Made by a program: the position numbers and the translations under genes
The notes under the pieces: model-generated
The model's input: the letters and a program-made list of their open reading frames with translations, nothing else
Told to the model about the DNA's origin: nothing
Database searches by the model: none
NCBI GenBank assembly: GCA_963740085.1
Contig: CAVUCU010000004.1
Coordinates: forward strand, 64,001-128,000
Direction: 5' to 3'
DNA length: 64,000 nt
Source: Nitrospirota bacterium
Lineage (GTDB): Bacteria > Nitrospirota > UBA9217
Shown here: positions 30,887 through 40,807 of the stretch, in pieces
How positions within the stretch are numbered: position 1 is the stretch's first letter
Layout: each line of letters opens with the position of its first letter

Positions 30887-33365
30887 ATGATGAAAAGATG
30901 GTTAAAAATAATCCTTAAAACGGTCGCGAAGGCCTCCTTGTTCGCCTGGGAACAGTTCAAGAGATTCTGGTTCACCGTCGCGGCGCCGTGGCTCAAGGGC
31001 CTCACCCCCGGGAAGGTATTGAAGCTGCTGGGGCTCGCTTTCGTGGCGGGCATTCTCTTTGTTGTATTCCTGTTCTTCATTTATTCGTTCGGCCTGCCGA
31101 CCATGGAGTCGCTCAAGGACTACAAACCGAGCCCGGGCACGATGATCCTTGCCGACGACGGTCGCGTACTGGGTCAGATCAAGATCGAGAAAGGCATCTA
31201 CGTGCCTTTCAAGCGCATCCCGAAGTACATGGTGAACGCGCTTCTGGCGACCGAAGACCCGCGCTTCTACCAGCACACGGGCATCGATTACCGGGGGATA
31301 CTGAGGGCGGCGCTCAAGAACATTGTCGAGGTCCGCGTGGCGCAGGGCGGCAGCACCATCACACAGCAGCTCACCAAGGTGGTGTTCCTCTCGCCGGAGC
31401 GGAAGATCAAGCGCAAGATCAAGGAGATCATCCTGGCGCGCAGGCTCGAGAAAGAGCTGACGAAGGACGAGATCCTCGAGCTGTATTTGAACAAGGTCTA
31501 CTTTGGCCACGGCGCCTACGGCGTGCAGATGGCGTCCAGGACCTATTTCGGCAAGAATATCTGGGAGGTCAACCAGGCGGAGGCGGCGCTCCTTGCGGGG
31601 CTCCCCAAGTCGCCCTCGGCCTATTCGCCCTATAGCGACATCGACCTGACCAAACTCCGGCAATCGCATGTGCTCAAGCGAATGGTTGCGGAGGGGTATC
31701 TTACCGAGGAACAGAGCAAAAAGATCTATGACCAGCCTCTCAACCTCGAGAATCTGCGGTCACAGGAAGACATAGCTCCCTTCGTCGTCGATTATGTCCG
31801 GAAATACATCGAGAAGAAATACGGGCCTGACAAGCTTTACGAGGGAGGGCTCAAGGTCACTACCTCCATTGACATGGACCTTCAGCGCACCGCGGGCATC
31901 GCCCTCAAAGAGGGGCTCCGCGCGCTCGACAAGAGGCAGGGTTTCCGCGGGCGCATCGGGTTCAAGCAACTCAAGTCCACGCCGATCGATTGGGGTTCAC
32001 TCCACGTCATGGTGAAACCCGGTGAAGCGTTCAATGCCCATGTGCTCGCTGTCGACGACTCATCGATCACGGTCAAGGGCCGCGGCATGATGGGCTACAT
32101 CAATCATGACGACATGGCCTGGGCGCTCATCAACCACAAGAAGAAAAAGGACGCCCCCGACGAGTTCAGGAAACCGGCCGAACTCGTTCAGCCCGGCGAC
32201 ATCATCAAGGTCCGCTTGAAGGATTACGACAGGAAGAAACAGCTCGCCTCGTTCATTCTGGAGCAGACGCCGCTGGTCGAGGGCGCGGTCGTGTCGATAG
32301 AGCCTTTCACCGGATACGTGCGCGCTCTGGTCGGCGGCTATGACTTCGTAGAAGGCGGATTCAACCACGCGCTGGACGCGAAGCGCCAGCCCGGATCGTC
32401 GTTCAAGCCCTTTATATACGGCGCGGCGCTCGAGAACGGGTTCACCCCGGCCTCCATCCTCATGGACCTGCCGGTGATCCACGAGAAGGACGAGTACGAC
32501 AAGAAGGGGTGGAAACCGACGAATTATGACGGACGTTTCCTCGGCCCCATGCGGTTGCGAACGGCGCTTGCCCTCTCGCGCAATGCCGTAACGGTGGGCC
32601 TGCTGGAGAAGATCGGACTGGACAAGACCATTGACTTCGCCCGCAAGGCCGGCATCACGAGCCCGATCAGTTACGATTACACAACGGCCCTCGGCTCATC
32701 GGCGGTGACGCCCCTCGAACTCACCTCGGCGTACGCGACCTTCGCATCCCAGGGGATACGCACCGAACCCATCATCATCAAGAGCATTGTTGACGGCAAC
32801 GGCGTGGAACTCGAGAGCTATCGAGCCGGAGCCCGTCCAGGCCATTGACCCGACCACGGCCTATCTCGTCACGAGCCTGCTGAAAAGCGTGGTGGAGGAA
32901 GGCACGGGAAGGGGCGCGAAAGTCCTCGGGAAACCGCTGGCGGGCAAGACCGGAACCACGAACAATTACGTGGACGCATGGTTCATGGGGTACGCTCCGA
33001 GCATCGTCACGGGAGTGTGGGTAGGATATGATAACTCGAAGGCCTCGCTCGGCGACAAAGAGACCGGTGCGCGCGCCGCGCTCCCGATCTGGATCCGCGT
33101 CATGGCAAAGGCGCTTGAGGACAAGCCTGCTGAGGATTTCGCCGCGACCGACGACGTGGTTTTCGTGAAGATCGACCCCGAGAGCGGGCTGCTCGCCCGC
33201 GATGGCGCCACCGAGGTCTATGATGACGTGTTCCGCAGGGGAACAGAACCGACGCAGTACGCGGATACGGTAAAAAAGTCTAAGGCGAATTTCTTCGATC
33301 TGGACCGGGGCGTTGCGAGCGCGGGCACGATGACAAAAATAAACCCCGAAGAGATAACGGATTAA
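30887..33365 (+). CDS. mrcA: Penicillin-binding protein 1A (apparent single-base insertion near 32821)
   Basis: GT motifs EDPRFYQH, QGGSTITQQ, RKIKE; TP motifs SSFK and SRN, with KTGT in the downstream frame 32787-33365. Confidence 0.92.
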
Positions 33366-33368
33366 CTG

Positions 33369-33390
33369 CAGTTCGGAGTTTGGGGTCAGT
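33369..33390. repeat. Heptamer arm (single)
   Basis: AGTTCGG AGTTTGG GGTCAGT, same unit as the four-helix-bundle flanks. Confidence 0.55.
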
Positions 33391-33501
33391 AACAAAGAAT
33401 AAAAACTATCACTGACAAGAATTATCATTGGGAAGGCGCAATTGCGGATTTTCGCGACCTTGCGTTTCGCGGTTCGGATGAGGAAAATCAGAGAAACTTG
33501 A

Positions 33502-36285
33502 ATGGATTATAAGACGACGCTGAATCTCCCGACGACCGACTTTCCCATGAAGGCCAATTTGAAGGACCTTGAACCGCGGACGATACTGCGGTGGAAAGAA
33601 CAGGGGACCTATGGCCGCATCCAGGATAGGAACAAGGGGGGGGAAAAGTACATTCTGCATGACGGCCCGCCTTACGCGAACGGCCATATCCACATCGGCC
33701 ACGCACTGAACAAGATCCTGAAGGACATCATCGTGAAATACAAATCCATGCAGGGCTTCTCCTCGCCTTATGTACCCGGCTGGGATTGCCATGGCCTCCC
33801 CATCGAACATCAGGTGCTCAAGAATCTCGGCCCGAAAAAGGACACGATGAGCAAGGCCGAGATACGGAAACTTTGCCGGGAGTACGCCGTGAAGTTCATC
33901 GACATCCAGCGCGAGGAGTTCAAGCGCCTCGGCGTGTTCGGGGACTGGGATAATCCCTACCTCACGATGAACTATGCGTATGAGGCCGCGATCGTGCGGG
34001 AACTTGGAAAGTTCGTGGGAACGGGCGGCGTGTATAAAGGGAAAAAGCCGGTGTACTGGTGCGGGTCCTGCGAAACAGCCCTTGCCGAGGCGGAGGTTGA
34101 GTACGCGGACCACGAGTCGCCTTCCATCTCGGTCAAATTCGCGCTTCCCGATGCGGCAAAGGTGTTTCCGTCGCTCGCGGGAAAGAACGTCGCTGTGGCG
34201 ATCTGGACCACGACCCCCTGGACGCTCGTCTCGAACCTTGCAGTGGCGCTGCATCCTGAATTCGACTACGCTGCCGTTGATATCGGTTCCAACTCGGTCA
34301 TCATCGTCGCCGAGGCGCTCGCTGCGCCGTCCATGGAGAAATTCGGCATAACGGATTACAAGGTCATCGAGAAGTTCAAAGGCGGCAAACTCGAAGGCCT
34401 CAAGGCGCGCCACCCGTTCATAGACCGGGACTCTCAGGTCATTCTCGGAGAGCACGTCACGCTCGAGGCAGGCACCGGTGTGGTGCATACGGCTCCCGGT
34501 CACGGCCAGGAAGACTACGAGGCCGGCATCAGGTATGGTCTTGACGTGTATGCGCCTGTCGATCATAAGGCGAGATTCACCAAAGAGGCCGGCCAGTTCG
34601 CGGGCGAGAATGTGCACAAGGCAAACAAGGGAATCATCGATCTTCTGAAAGAAAAGAACGCGCTTCTTTCCGAGGAGAAATTATCGCACTCCTATCCCCA
34701 TTGCTGGCGGTGCAAGAACCCCGTTATCTTCCGCGCCACCGAACAGTGGTTCATTTCCATGAAGAACAATGACCTGCTCAAAAAGACCGTGGAGAACGTG
34801 CACAAGGTCACCTGGGTCCCGGGATGGGGCAAGGACCGGTTCCTCTCCATGGTCGAGAAGCGGCCTGACTGGTGCATCTCGCGCCAGCGGGCGTGGGGCG
34901 TGAACATCGTCGCATTCACGTGCACGGCCTGCGGCCAGCTGCTTCTGGACAAGTCGATCATCGACCACGTGGCGGCGATCGTCGAAAAAGAAGGCGCTGA
35001 TGTCTGGTTCACCAGGTCCGCTGCCGAACTGGTGCCGTCCGGCACTGCCTGCAAAAAGTGCGGGAAGCAGGACTTCGAGAAGGAGATGGACATTCTCGAT
35101 GTGTGGTTCGATTCGGGCGTGAGCCACGCCGCGGTACTCAAACAACGGCCGGAGCTTTCCTGGCCCGCGGACCTGTACCTCGAAGGCAGCGATCAGCACC
35201 GCGGGTGGTTCCAGTCCTCGCTTCTCACGTCCGTGGGGACCACCGGCATGGCGCCTTATCGGGCGGTGCTGACCCACGGATTCACGATGGACGGTCAGGG
35301 CAAGAAAATGAGCAAGTCGGCGGGCAATACAATCGCTCCACAGGATGTTATCGATAAGTTTGGGGCCGAGGTGCTTCGACTCTGGGTCTCGGCAGCGGAC
35401 TATCGCGATGATCAGCGGATATCCCAGGAGATTCTGACCCACCTTGCCGAGGCGTACCGCAGGATCCGGAATACGAGCCGTTATCTGCTCGGCAATCTCT
35501 CTGACTTCGATCCCGGCAAAGACAAGGTCCCGGACAAGGACCTGCTTGAGATCGATCGCTGGGCACTGCATCGGCTGCAGAAGCTGGTGCAGCGCGTGGA
35601 AAAAGCATATGACGAATTCGAGTTTCACGTGGTGTTCCATTCGCTTCACAACTTTTGCGCGGTCGACATGAGCTCGTTCTACCTCGACATCCTGAAAGAC
35701 CGGCTCTATACCGCTAAAACCGCATCGGTTGAACGGCGGTCAGGCCAGACTACCATGCATGCGATCCTCTCCGCGATGATCCGCCTCATGGCGCCGGTGC
35801 TGTCGTTCACTGCGGACGAGGTCTGGGGTTACATGAAAGAAAGCGCGGGAACAACGACTGTATTTCTTGCGGAATTCCCCAAGGTGGAAGAGAAGTATAT
35901 TGATGATGAACTTGAGGCACGATGGAACAAGATCATCGGGGTGCGCGGCGAGGCTGCGAAGGTGCTCGAGGCGCTCCGCAGGGACAAGAAGATCGGCCAT
36001 TCTCTCGACGCGGCTGTGACGCTCTATGTCGCACCGGAATTGTTCGAGCTTCTGGATAATTATAAAAAGGACCTGGCCTTCATCTTTATCGTCTCATCCG
36101 TGTCCCTGGAGAAAGAAACCGACGCGCCCGCTGATGCCTACACGAGCGATGCGATACCGGGGCTCAGGATAGCGGCCGGTCCGGCCTCGGGCAAAAAGTG
36201 CGGCCGCTGCTGGATGTATCTCGAGTCCGTGGGAACGGTAAAAGAACATCCGGAGATCTGCGACAGGTGCGCCTCGAACTTGTGA
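33502..36285 (+). CDS. ileS: Isoleucyl-tRNA synthetase (type 1)
   Basis: PYANGHIHIGH, WTTTPWT, WCISRQR, GSDQHRGWF, KMSKS, C-terminal CGRC...CDRC zinc finger. Confidence 0.98.
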   Translation: MDYKTTLNLPTTDFPMKANLKDLEPRTILRWKEQGTYGRIQDRNKGGEKYILHDGPPYANGHIHIGHALNKILKDIIVKYKSMQGFSSPYVPGWDCHGLPIEHQVLKNLGPKKDTMSKAEIRKLCREYAVKFIDIQREEFKRLGVFGDWDNPYLTMNYAYEAAIVRELGKFVGTGGVYKGKKPVYWCGSCETALAEAEVEYADHESPSISVKFALPDAAKVFPSLAGKNVAVAIWTTTPWTLVSNLAVALHPEFDYAAVDIGSNSVIIVAEALAAPSMEKFGITDYKVIEKFKGGKLEGLKARHPFIDRDSQVILGEHVTLEAGTGVVHTAPGHGQEDYEAGIRYGLDVYAPVDHKARFTKEAGQFAGENVHKANKGIIDLLKEKNALLSEEKLSHSYPHCWRCKNPVIFRATEQWFISMKNNDLLKKTVENVHKVTWVPGWGKDRFLSMVEKRPDWCISRQRAWGVNIVAFTCTACGQLLLDKSIIDHVAAIVEKEGADVWFTRSAAELVPSGTACKKCGKQDFEKEMDILDVWFDSGVSHAAVLKQRPELSWPADLYLEGSDQHRGWFQSSLLTSVGTTGMAPYRAVLTHGFTMDGQGKKMSKSAGNTIAPQDVIDKFGAEVLRLWVSAADYRDDQRISQEILTHLAEAYRRIRNTSRYLLGNLSDFDPGKDKVPDKDLLEIDRWALHRLQKLVQRVEKAYDEFEFHVVFHSLHNFCAVDMSSFYLDILKDRLYTAKTASVERRSGQTTMHAILSAMIRLMAPVLSFTADEVWGYMKESAGTTTVFLAEFPKVEEKYIDDELEARWNKIIGVRGEAAKVLEALRRDKKIGHSLDAAVTLYVAPELFELLDNYKKDLAFIFIVSSVSLEKETDAPADAYTSDAIPGLRIAAGPASGKKCGRCWMYLESVGTVKEHPEICDRCASNL

Positions 36286-36288
36286 TAC

Positions 36289-36331
36289 AAGTTTGGAGTT
36301 GAGAGCTCAGGGTTCGGAGTAAGGAGCAATG
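36289..36331. repeat. Heptamer arm (single), overlapping the lspA SD
   Basis: AGTTTGG AGTTGAG AGCTCAG GGTTCGG AGTAAGG AGCAATG. Confidence 0.75.
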
Positions 36332-36332
36332 C

Positions 36333-36836
36333 TTGAAAAATAAATATCTCCAGGCTGGAGCGATCGCGGGCATCGTGCTGGTCCTGGACCAGGTTACCAA
36401 GTATATCGTGGTGGCGCGCATCCGGCTGTATGACGTTATCATCGTTATCCCGGGCTTCTTCAACATCACCCATGTACGGAACAAGGGCGCTGCCTTCAGC
36501 ATTCTTTCCAATCTGCCGGAGTTCTGGAGAGGTTCGTTCTTCATTACGGTCACGATCATTGCCGTGGCCGTGATCATCGCCCTCATCGTTAAAACACAGG
36601 AACGCCTCCCGGTGTATGCCTTCTCGCTCATCGCGGGCGGAGCGCTGGGCAATGTGGTCGACCGTATCAGGTACGGTGAAGTGGTGGACTTTATCCAGTG
36701 GTATGTGAAATCGTACTATTGGCCATCGTTCAACGTTGCCGATTCGGCCGTTACGATCGGTGTTGTATTGCTGGCGATCGAGATGCTGTTTGGGACAAAC
36801 ACCAAATCACACGAATCGATCTCAAAACATAAATAG
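36333..36836 (+). CDS. lspA: Lipoprotein signal peptidase
   Basis: DQVTK, NKGAAFS, GALGNVVDR, VVDF, FNVADS. Confidence 0.96.
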   Translation: MKNKYLQAGAIAGIVLVLDQVTKYIVVARIRLYDVIIVIPGFFNITHVRNKGAAFSILSNLPEFWRGSFFITVTIIAVAVIIALIVKTQERLPVYAFSLIAGGALGNVVDRIRYGEVVDFIQWYVKSYYWPSFNVADSAVTIGVVLLAIEMLFGTNTKSHESISKHK

Positions 36837-36860
36837 TTGATGGCTGCGTAAAAGGCATTT

Positions 36861-36930
36861 TACCGCAGAAACGCAGAGAAAACCCTTTGATTTATATTGT
36901 CCTTCTCGGCGGCTCAGCGCCTCGGCGGTG
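36861..36930. repeat. Gene-less inverted repeat, ACCGCAGA/CGCAGAG type
   Basis: ACCGCAGAAACGCAGAGAA ... TTCTCGGCGGCTCAGCGCCTCGGCGGT. Confidence 0.65.
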
Positions 36931-36993
36931 GATTTTAAGTATTTTCGATGTTATCCGTATTTGGAATGATAACAAAATTGTGAAAGGTTGATC

Positions 36994-37809
36994 GTGCACC
37001 CAATACTCTTCGAAATACCGGCAATCACGATCGGAGGCTGGACCATTGGACCCATCCCGATCAGGATGTACGGCCTCATGATCGGCATCGGCTTTCTCCT
37101 TGCCATTTTTCTGGCGTCCCGCCGCGCGAGAAAGGAGGGCATAGATCCCGACCGCATCATGGACCTGGGGGTGTACCTATTGCTCGCGGCCATCGTCGGC
37201 TCGCGCATCCTCTACGTGTTGACAACGCTGCGGGAATTCACTGACCACCCGCTTGATGTCTTCGCGATCTGGAAGGGGGGGCTCGTGTTCTATGGCGGCC
37301 TGCTCGCCGCCGTCCCTGTCGGGATCTGGTACGTGCGGAAGCACAGTCTGCCGGTCTGGAAGACCGCGGACATCGTGGCCCCTTCGATCGCCCTCGGACA
37401 CGGCTTCGGCAGGCTCGGCTGCTTTTTCGCCGGCTGTTGTTATGGCTCCCCGTGCAGTGGCCCGATTTGCATAACCTTCCATGATCCGCACTCGCTCGCG
37501 CCCCTGGGGGTACCGCTCTTTCCGACCCAGCTTATGGAGTCGGGCGGAGAGTTCCTGATTTTCGGCATACTCATGGTCATCTGGCGGCACAGGAAGTTCG
37601 ACGGGCAGCTCTTCTGGCTCTACCCTCTCTTTTATTCGGTCTTGCGGTTCATCATCGAATTCTTCCGGGGCGACGAGATTCGCGGCGTGTACTTCGGTGG
37701 CCTGGTCTCGACCTCGCAGATCATCGCGGTGTTCATGTTCGGGTTCTCTCTGTTCATGCTTTGGAGATTGAGCAGGACACCTGCCCGGATAAGCCGGAAC
37801 CATAAATAA
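36994..37809 (+). CDS. lgt: Prolipoprotein diacylglyceryl transferase
   Basis: YGLM, GSRILYV, IWKGGLVFYGG, GRLGCF, PTQL, RFIIEFFR. Confidence 0.95.
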   Translation: MHPILFEIPAITIGGWTIGPIPIRMYGLMIGIGFLLAIFLASRRARKEGIDPDRIMDLGVYLLLAAIVGSRILYVLTTLREFTDHPLDVFAIWKGGLVFYGGLLAAVPVGIWYVRKHSLPVWKTADIVAPSIALGHGFGRLGCFFAGCCYGSPCSGPICITFHDPHSLAPLGVPLFPTQLMESGGEFLIFGILMVIWRHRKFDGQLFWLYPLFYSVLRFIIEFFRGDEIRGVYFGGLVSTSQIIAVFMFGFSLFMLWRLSRTPARISRNHK

Positions 37810-37825
37810 GTTCATATTTACCACC

Positions 37826-38773
37826 ATGCCTATCATCACCCACACAGTCACCGAAAAGCACGTCAGCAAGCGCCTCGATATCTATATCGCGCATTACGAG
37901 CCGCACATCTCCAGAAACCGTATCCAGACCCTGATCAAGAACGGCCTTGCCCTTGTGGACGGCAAGCCGGAAAAACCCGGATATAAGGTAAAGCTTGGCG
38001 AGAGTATCACGCTCGAGCTTCCGGAAAGAATAGTTCACGATGTCCTGCCTGAAGCCATTCCACTTTCCGTTCTGTATGAAGACCCCCATATCATCGTGCT
38101 GAACAAACCTCCCGGGCTTGTGGTTCACCCCGCGCCGGGCAATTATACCGGCACGCTCGTGAATGCGCTCCTCTATCACTTCGGCAGCCTGCCGTCTCGA
38201 AAAGCCGGCGCGGAAGGGGACGGTCGCGAGCGCGCGGGCATTGTGCACCGTCTTGACAAGGACACCTCCGGAGTGATGGTCGTGGCGCGAACGCAAGAGG
38301 CGCTCCGCTCGTTGTCGACGCAGTTCAAGAACCGTGTGGTCAGGAAGCGCTACGTCGCGCTGGTTGCGGGGGTCATCAAAAAAGGTTCCGGGACGATCGA
38401 GGTCGGCCTTGGCCGCCACGTGAAAGAGCGGAAGAAGATGAGCACCCACACGCACCACGCTCGCGAGGCGATCACAAGCTTTATCGTGAAGGAACGGTAT
38501 CCAAAGGCGACACTGGTGGAGGTGGAGATAAAGACCGGCCGCACGCACCAGATCCGCGTTCACCTGGCCCACATCGGTCATCCGGTGCTTGGCGATCATG
38601 TGTACGGCGGCGGGAAGGCGACGCAGTTCGGAGAGAGCATCATCACCCGTCAGATGCTGCACGCCGAGACGCTCTCGCTCATTCATCCCGAAACAGGTGA
38701 CCCGATGTCATTTGCCGCGCCATTGCCTGAGGATATGGCTGAGGTCATCGATCGACTCAGGAAAACGAAATAG
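37826..38773 (+). CDS. rluD: RluA-family pseudouridine synthase (RluD-like)
   Basis: S4 domain, NKPPGLVVHP, VHRLDKDTSG, TGRTHQIRVH. Confidence 0.92.
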   Translation: MPIITHTVTEKHVSKRLDIYIAHYEPHISRNRIQTLIKNGLALVDGKPEKPGYKVKLGESITLELPERIVHDVLPEAIPLSVLYEDPHIIVLNKPPGLVVHPAPGNYTGTLVNALLYHFGSLPSRKAGAEGDGRERAGIVHRLDKDTSGVMVVARTQEALRSLSTQFKNRVVRKRYVALVAGVIKKGSGTIEVGLGRHVKERKKMSTHTHHAREAITSFIVKERYPKATLVEVEIKTGRTHQIRVHLAHIGHPVLGDHVYGGGKATQFGESIITRQMLHAETLSLIHPETGDPMSFAAPLPEDMAEVIDRLRKTK

Positions 38774-38921
38774 CTCTGAGCTGGCGCCGAAGCCGGGAAG
38801 GATGGGGCTGTTCTCGTGATACTCCTGATTGACAAATGACGTCGTATCTGCTTTATTTAGAGAAAAATGGCATGAGGAAATATCGTGGCATGACACTTCC
38901 CGACAATCAGGGCTCTACACT

Positions 38922-39629
38922 ATGCATAAAAGATCAGCGGCCTCTGCGAAAACGAGCGAAAATACAACGGCAGATGATCTCTTGCTTTCTCTTTTTATCA
39001 AAGGAAACAACGACGGAGACAATGGAGGAGTCCTTAAGAACTATCCCGCTCGGACGGAGATCTTCAGACAGGAAACTTCTTCGAACACGGTCTACCTCAT
39101 TGAACAGGGCTTGGTGAAACTTGTACGGGTTGCACCGAACGGGTCCCAGGTTATCATCGGTCTTCGCCGCCGGCCGTGGTTAATAGGCGCTCCGGCGGTT
39201 CTCCTGAACAAACCATATTCCTTCACGGCTGTCACCCTGCTCCCTTCCGCCATTCGTGTCATTCCGGCCAAGGCTTTTCTAAAGCATGCGACAACGAACA
39301 AACAATTTTCTTCTCACCTGCACCGGCTGCTTAGCCAGGAGATTTCTAACCACATGCGGGATGTGGAATCAGTCAGCTGCATGTCTGCTGAAGATCGGGT
39401 AATTCGTTTTCTGGGCGATCTCGTTGCCGAGCAAACATCAAGAGGAGAAAAACGCGCGGCTTTTTTACTACCGCTCACTAATCGGGAACTGGCCCAACTC
39501 ATTGCGGTCACTCCAGAACACATCTGTCGTGTATTGAAAGCCATGGAGCGAAGGGGCCTCATCAGGCGTGAGCACAGGACGCTAATAATAGAAAAGCCGG
39601 CGGAACTGTTGCAGAGCGCTCCCTTATGA
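38922..39629 (+). CDS. Crp/Fnr-family transcription regulator
   Basis: cNMP-like beta barrel (VYLIEQGLVKL), C-terminal HTH LTNRELAQLIAVTPEHICRVL. Start is uncertain (the ORF opens at 38829). Confidence 0.88.
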   Translation: MHKRSAASAKTSENTTADDLLLSLFIKGNNDGDNGGVLKNYPARTEIFRQETSSNTVYLIEQGLVKLVRVAPNGSQVIIGLRRRPWLIGAPAVLLNKPYSFTAVTLLPSAIRVIPAKAFLKHATTNKQFSSHLHRLLSQEISNHMRDVESVSCMSAEDRVIRFLGDLVAEQTSRGEKRAAFLLPLTNRELAQLIAVTPEHICRVLKAMERRGLIRREHRTLIIEKPAELLQSAPL

Positions 39630-39712
39630 TCGTGATAGTTCTCTTTTCAGCAACTTTCTTTTCCACCTTCTCTTTTTAAGCAATCATTTCATGAAAATAT
39701 ATCAATTTGTCG

Positions 39713-39726
39713 TTGATCTATATCAA
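39713..39726. promoter_or_regulatory. FNR-type box
   Basis: Perfect TTGAT-CTAT-ATCAA directly downstream of the Crp/Fnr gene and upstream of the riboswitch. Confidence 0.8.
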
Positions 39727-39784
39727 TGACAAATATCCCTTCTTGTGATATTAGATTCAGTATAAAGCAGTATAAATATAAACA

Positions 39785-39870
39785 TTCCCGACAACGCTAA
39801 ACCCTTCGCGAGAGGGGGACAGAAAGCTGCGGGTCTTGTACCAGCCAAGACGGCCGAGCTACCGAAGGAT
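39785..39870 (+). ncRNA. GEMM-I (c-di-GMP-I family) riboswitch, GEMM-Ib / 3',3'-cGAMP-like variant
   Basis: CGACAACGCTAAACCCTTC-GCGA-GAGGGGGACAGAAAGC...GGGTCT...AGACGGCCGAGCTACCGAA: GNRA-capped P2, GAC..AAAG junction, P3 with tetraloop receptor. Confidence 0.85.
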
Positions 39871-39904
39871 GAACCTGAGGTATGCTCGGCCGTCTTACTT
39901 ATTT
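39847..39904 (+). terminator. Riboswitch expression-platform terminator
   Basis: 13-bp perfect stem AAGACGGCCGAGC / GCTCGGCCGTCTT followed by ACTTATTT; the 5' arm is the 3' strand of aptamer P3. Confidence 0.8.
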
Positions 39905-40193
39905 CCGGAAGCAGCAGTGCTTCTAAGCCCGTAGAATGCCAGGTAAAAAGGACTTAAGCTTCCACGTGAAACGATTGTGAAAAGTAGGCGTAAGTTGACC
40001 AGGAAATAACAGGGAGGGGCCTTTCTTATTCCGTTCGGCATCAAATCTTCAATTCCCAATAAGCCGAAAAACTGGATAATAAAGCTCTCAGCGGGTGGAT
40101 TGGGTAGAGAGCAATACGAAACCCGAAAAATCATTGGTTGAGTTCACGTAAATCATGCGAACAACGTAAAACCAATTAAAGGAGGGAACAGAC

Positions 40194-40664
40194 ATGGCGG
40201 GGGGGGAAGTAGCCATCATTATAATGGCGGTGTTAATGTTCACGGGAACGATGGTGAGTTGCGGCGGAGGTGGCGGAGGAAGCGACGCGGCACCACCATG
40301 TACTACCTGTACCAATGTGGCAGGAATTTGGGATTCGACGGAAGTAGCCAATGAGAGCCAGTGCGGTGGCTCTTCCGCTAACACTACCTATCACACTTAT
40401 ACGGTTACACAAAGTGGTTGTGGCCTTACCGTTAACCAAAACTTGCCCGCCTCAGCAGGTCCCTTCACGGGTTCAATATGTAACAACACACTGTCTTGGA
40501 GTGGTAGTTACCCCGAGCCACCCGGTACGACAACGATCACTTCCATGTCGCTCATTGTATCGGGAACTACGACCAGTACCTTTAGTGGTTCAGCTAACTG
40601 GTCATATAGCGAAACAGGCTATGCCTGCTCAGGATCGACTCAAATTAATGCTACGAAGAGGTAA
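40194..40664 (+). CDS. Small Cys/Thr/Ser-rich lipoprotein
   Basis: SD AAGGAGG, hydrophobic leader ending MVSC-GGGGGG, beta-strand-rich mature part with several Cys. Confidence 0.75.
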   Translation: MAGGEVAIIIMAVLMFTGTMVSCGGGGGGSDAAPPCTTCTNVAGIWDSTEVANESQCGGSSANTTYHTYTVTQSGCGLTVNQNLPASAGPFTGSICNNTLSWSGSYPEPPGTTTITSMSLIVSGTTTSTFSGSANWSYSETGYACSGSTQINATKR

Positions 40665-40807
40665 TCATGAAATTGCTTATTTTTCACTCGGGCCGTCCCT
40701 TATAAAAGTCTGCCCGACATTACTTTAGTATTATTGCCCGGATTTAGCCAGAGGCAGGCCGACATTATTATAAAAAGTTGATTCTATTCGTATGATGTGG
40801 AGGGCCT

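Noticed and set aside
32787-32848. Programmed frameshift or genuine split of PBP1A
   Set aside because: No slippery heptamer or stimulatory structure is visible, and other indels nearby point to sequence error.
11957-35649. Long antisense ORFs (e.g. 11957-13096, 17911-19212, 33409-34617, 34681-35649)
   Set aside because: They are shadows of rny, the HD-GYP gene and ileS caused by GC-rich codon bias, and show no recognisable motifs.
39958-39973. parS-like GCTTCCACGTGAAACG
   Set aside because: Three mismatches to TGTTNCACGTGAAACA, a single copy, and no parAB or origin context.
40199-40206. G8 tract just after the lipoprotein start codon as a phase-variation switch
   Set aside because: The tract is short and in frame, and there is no evidence of length variation without reads.
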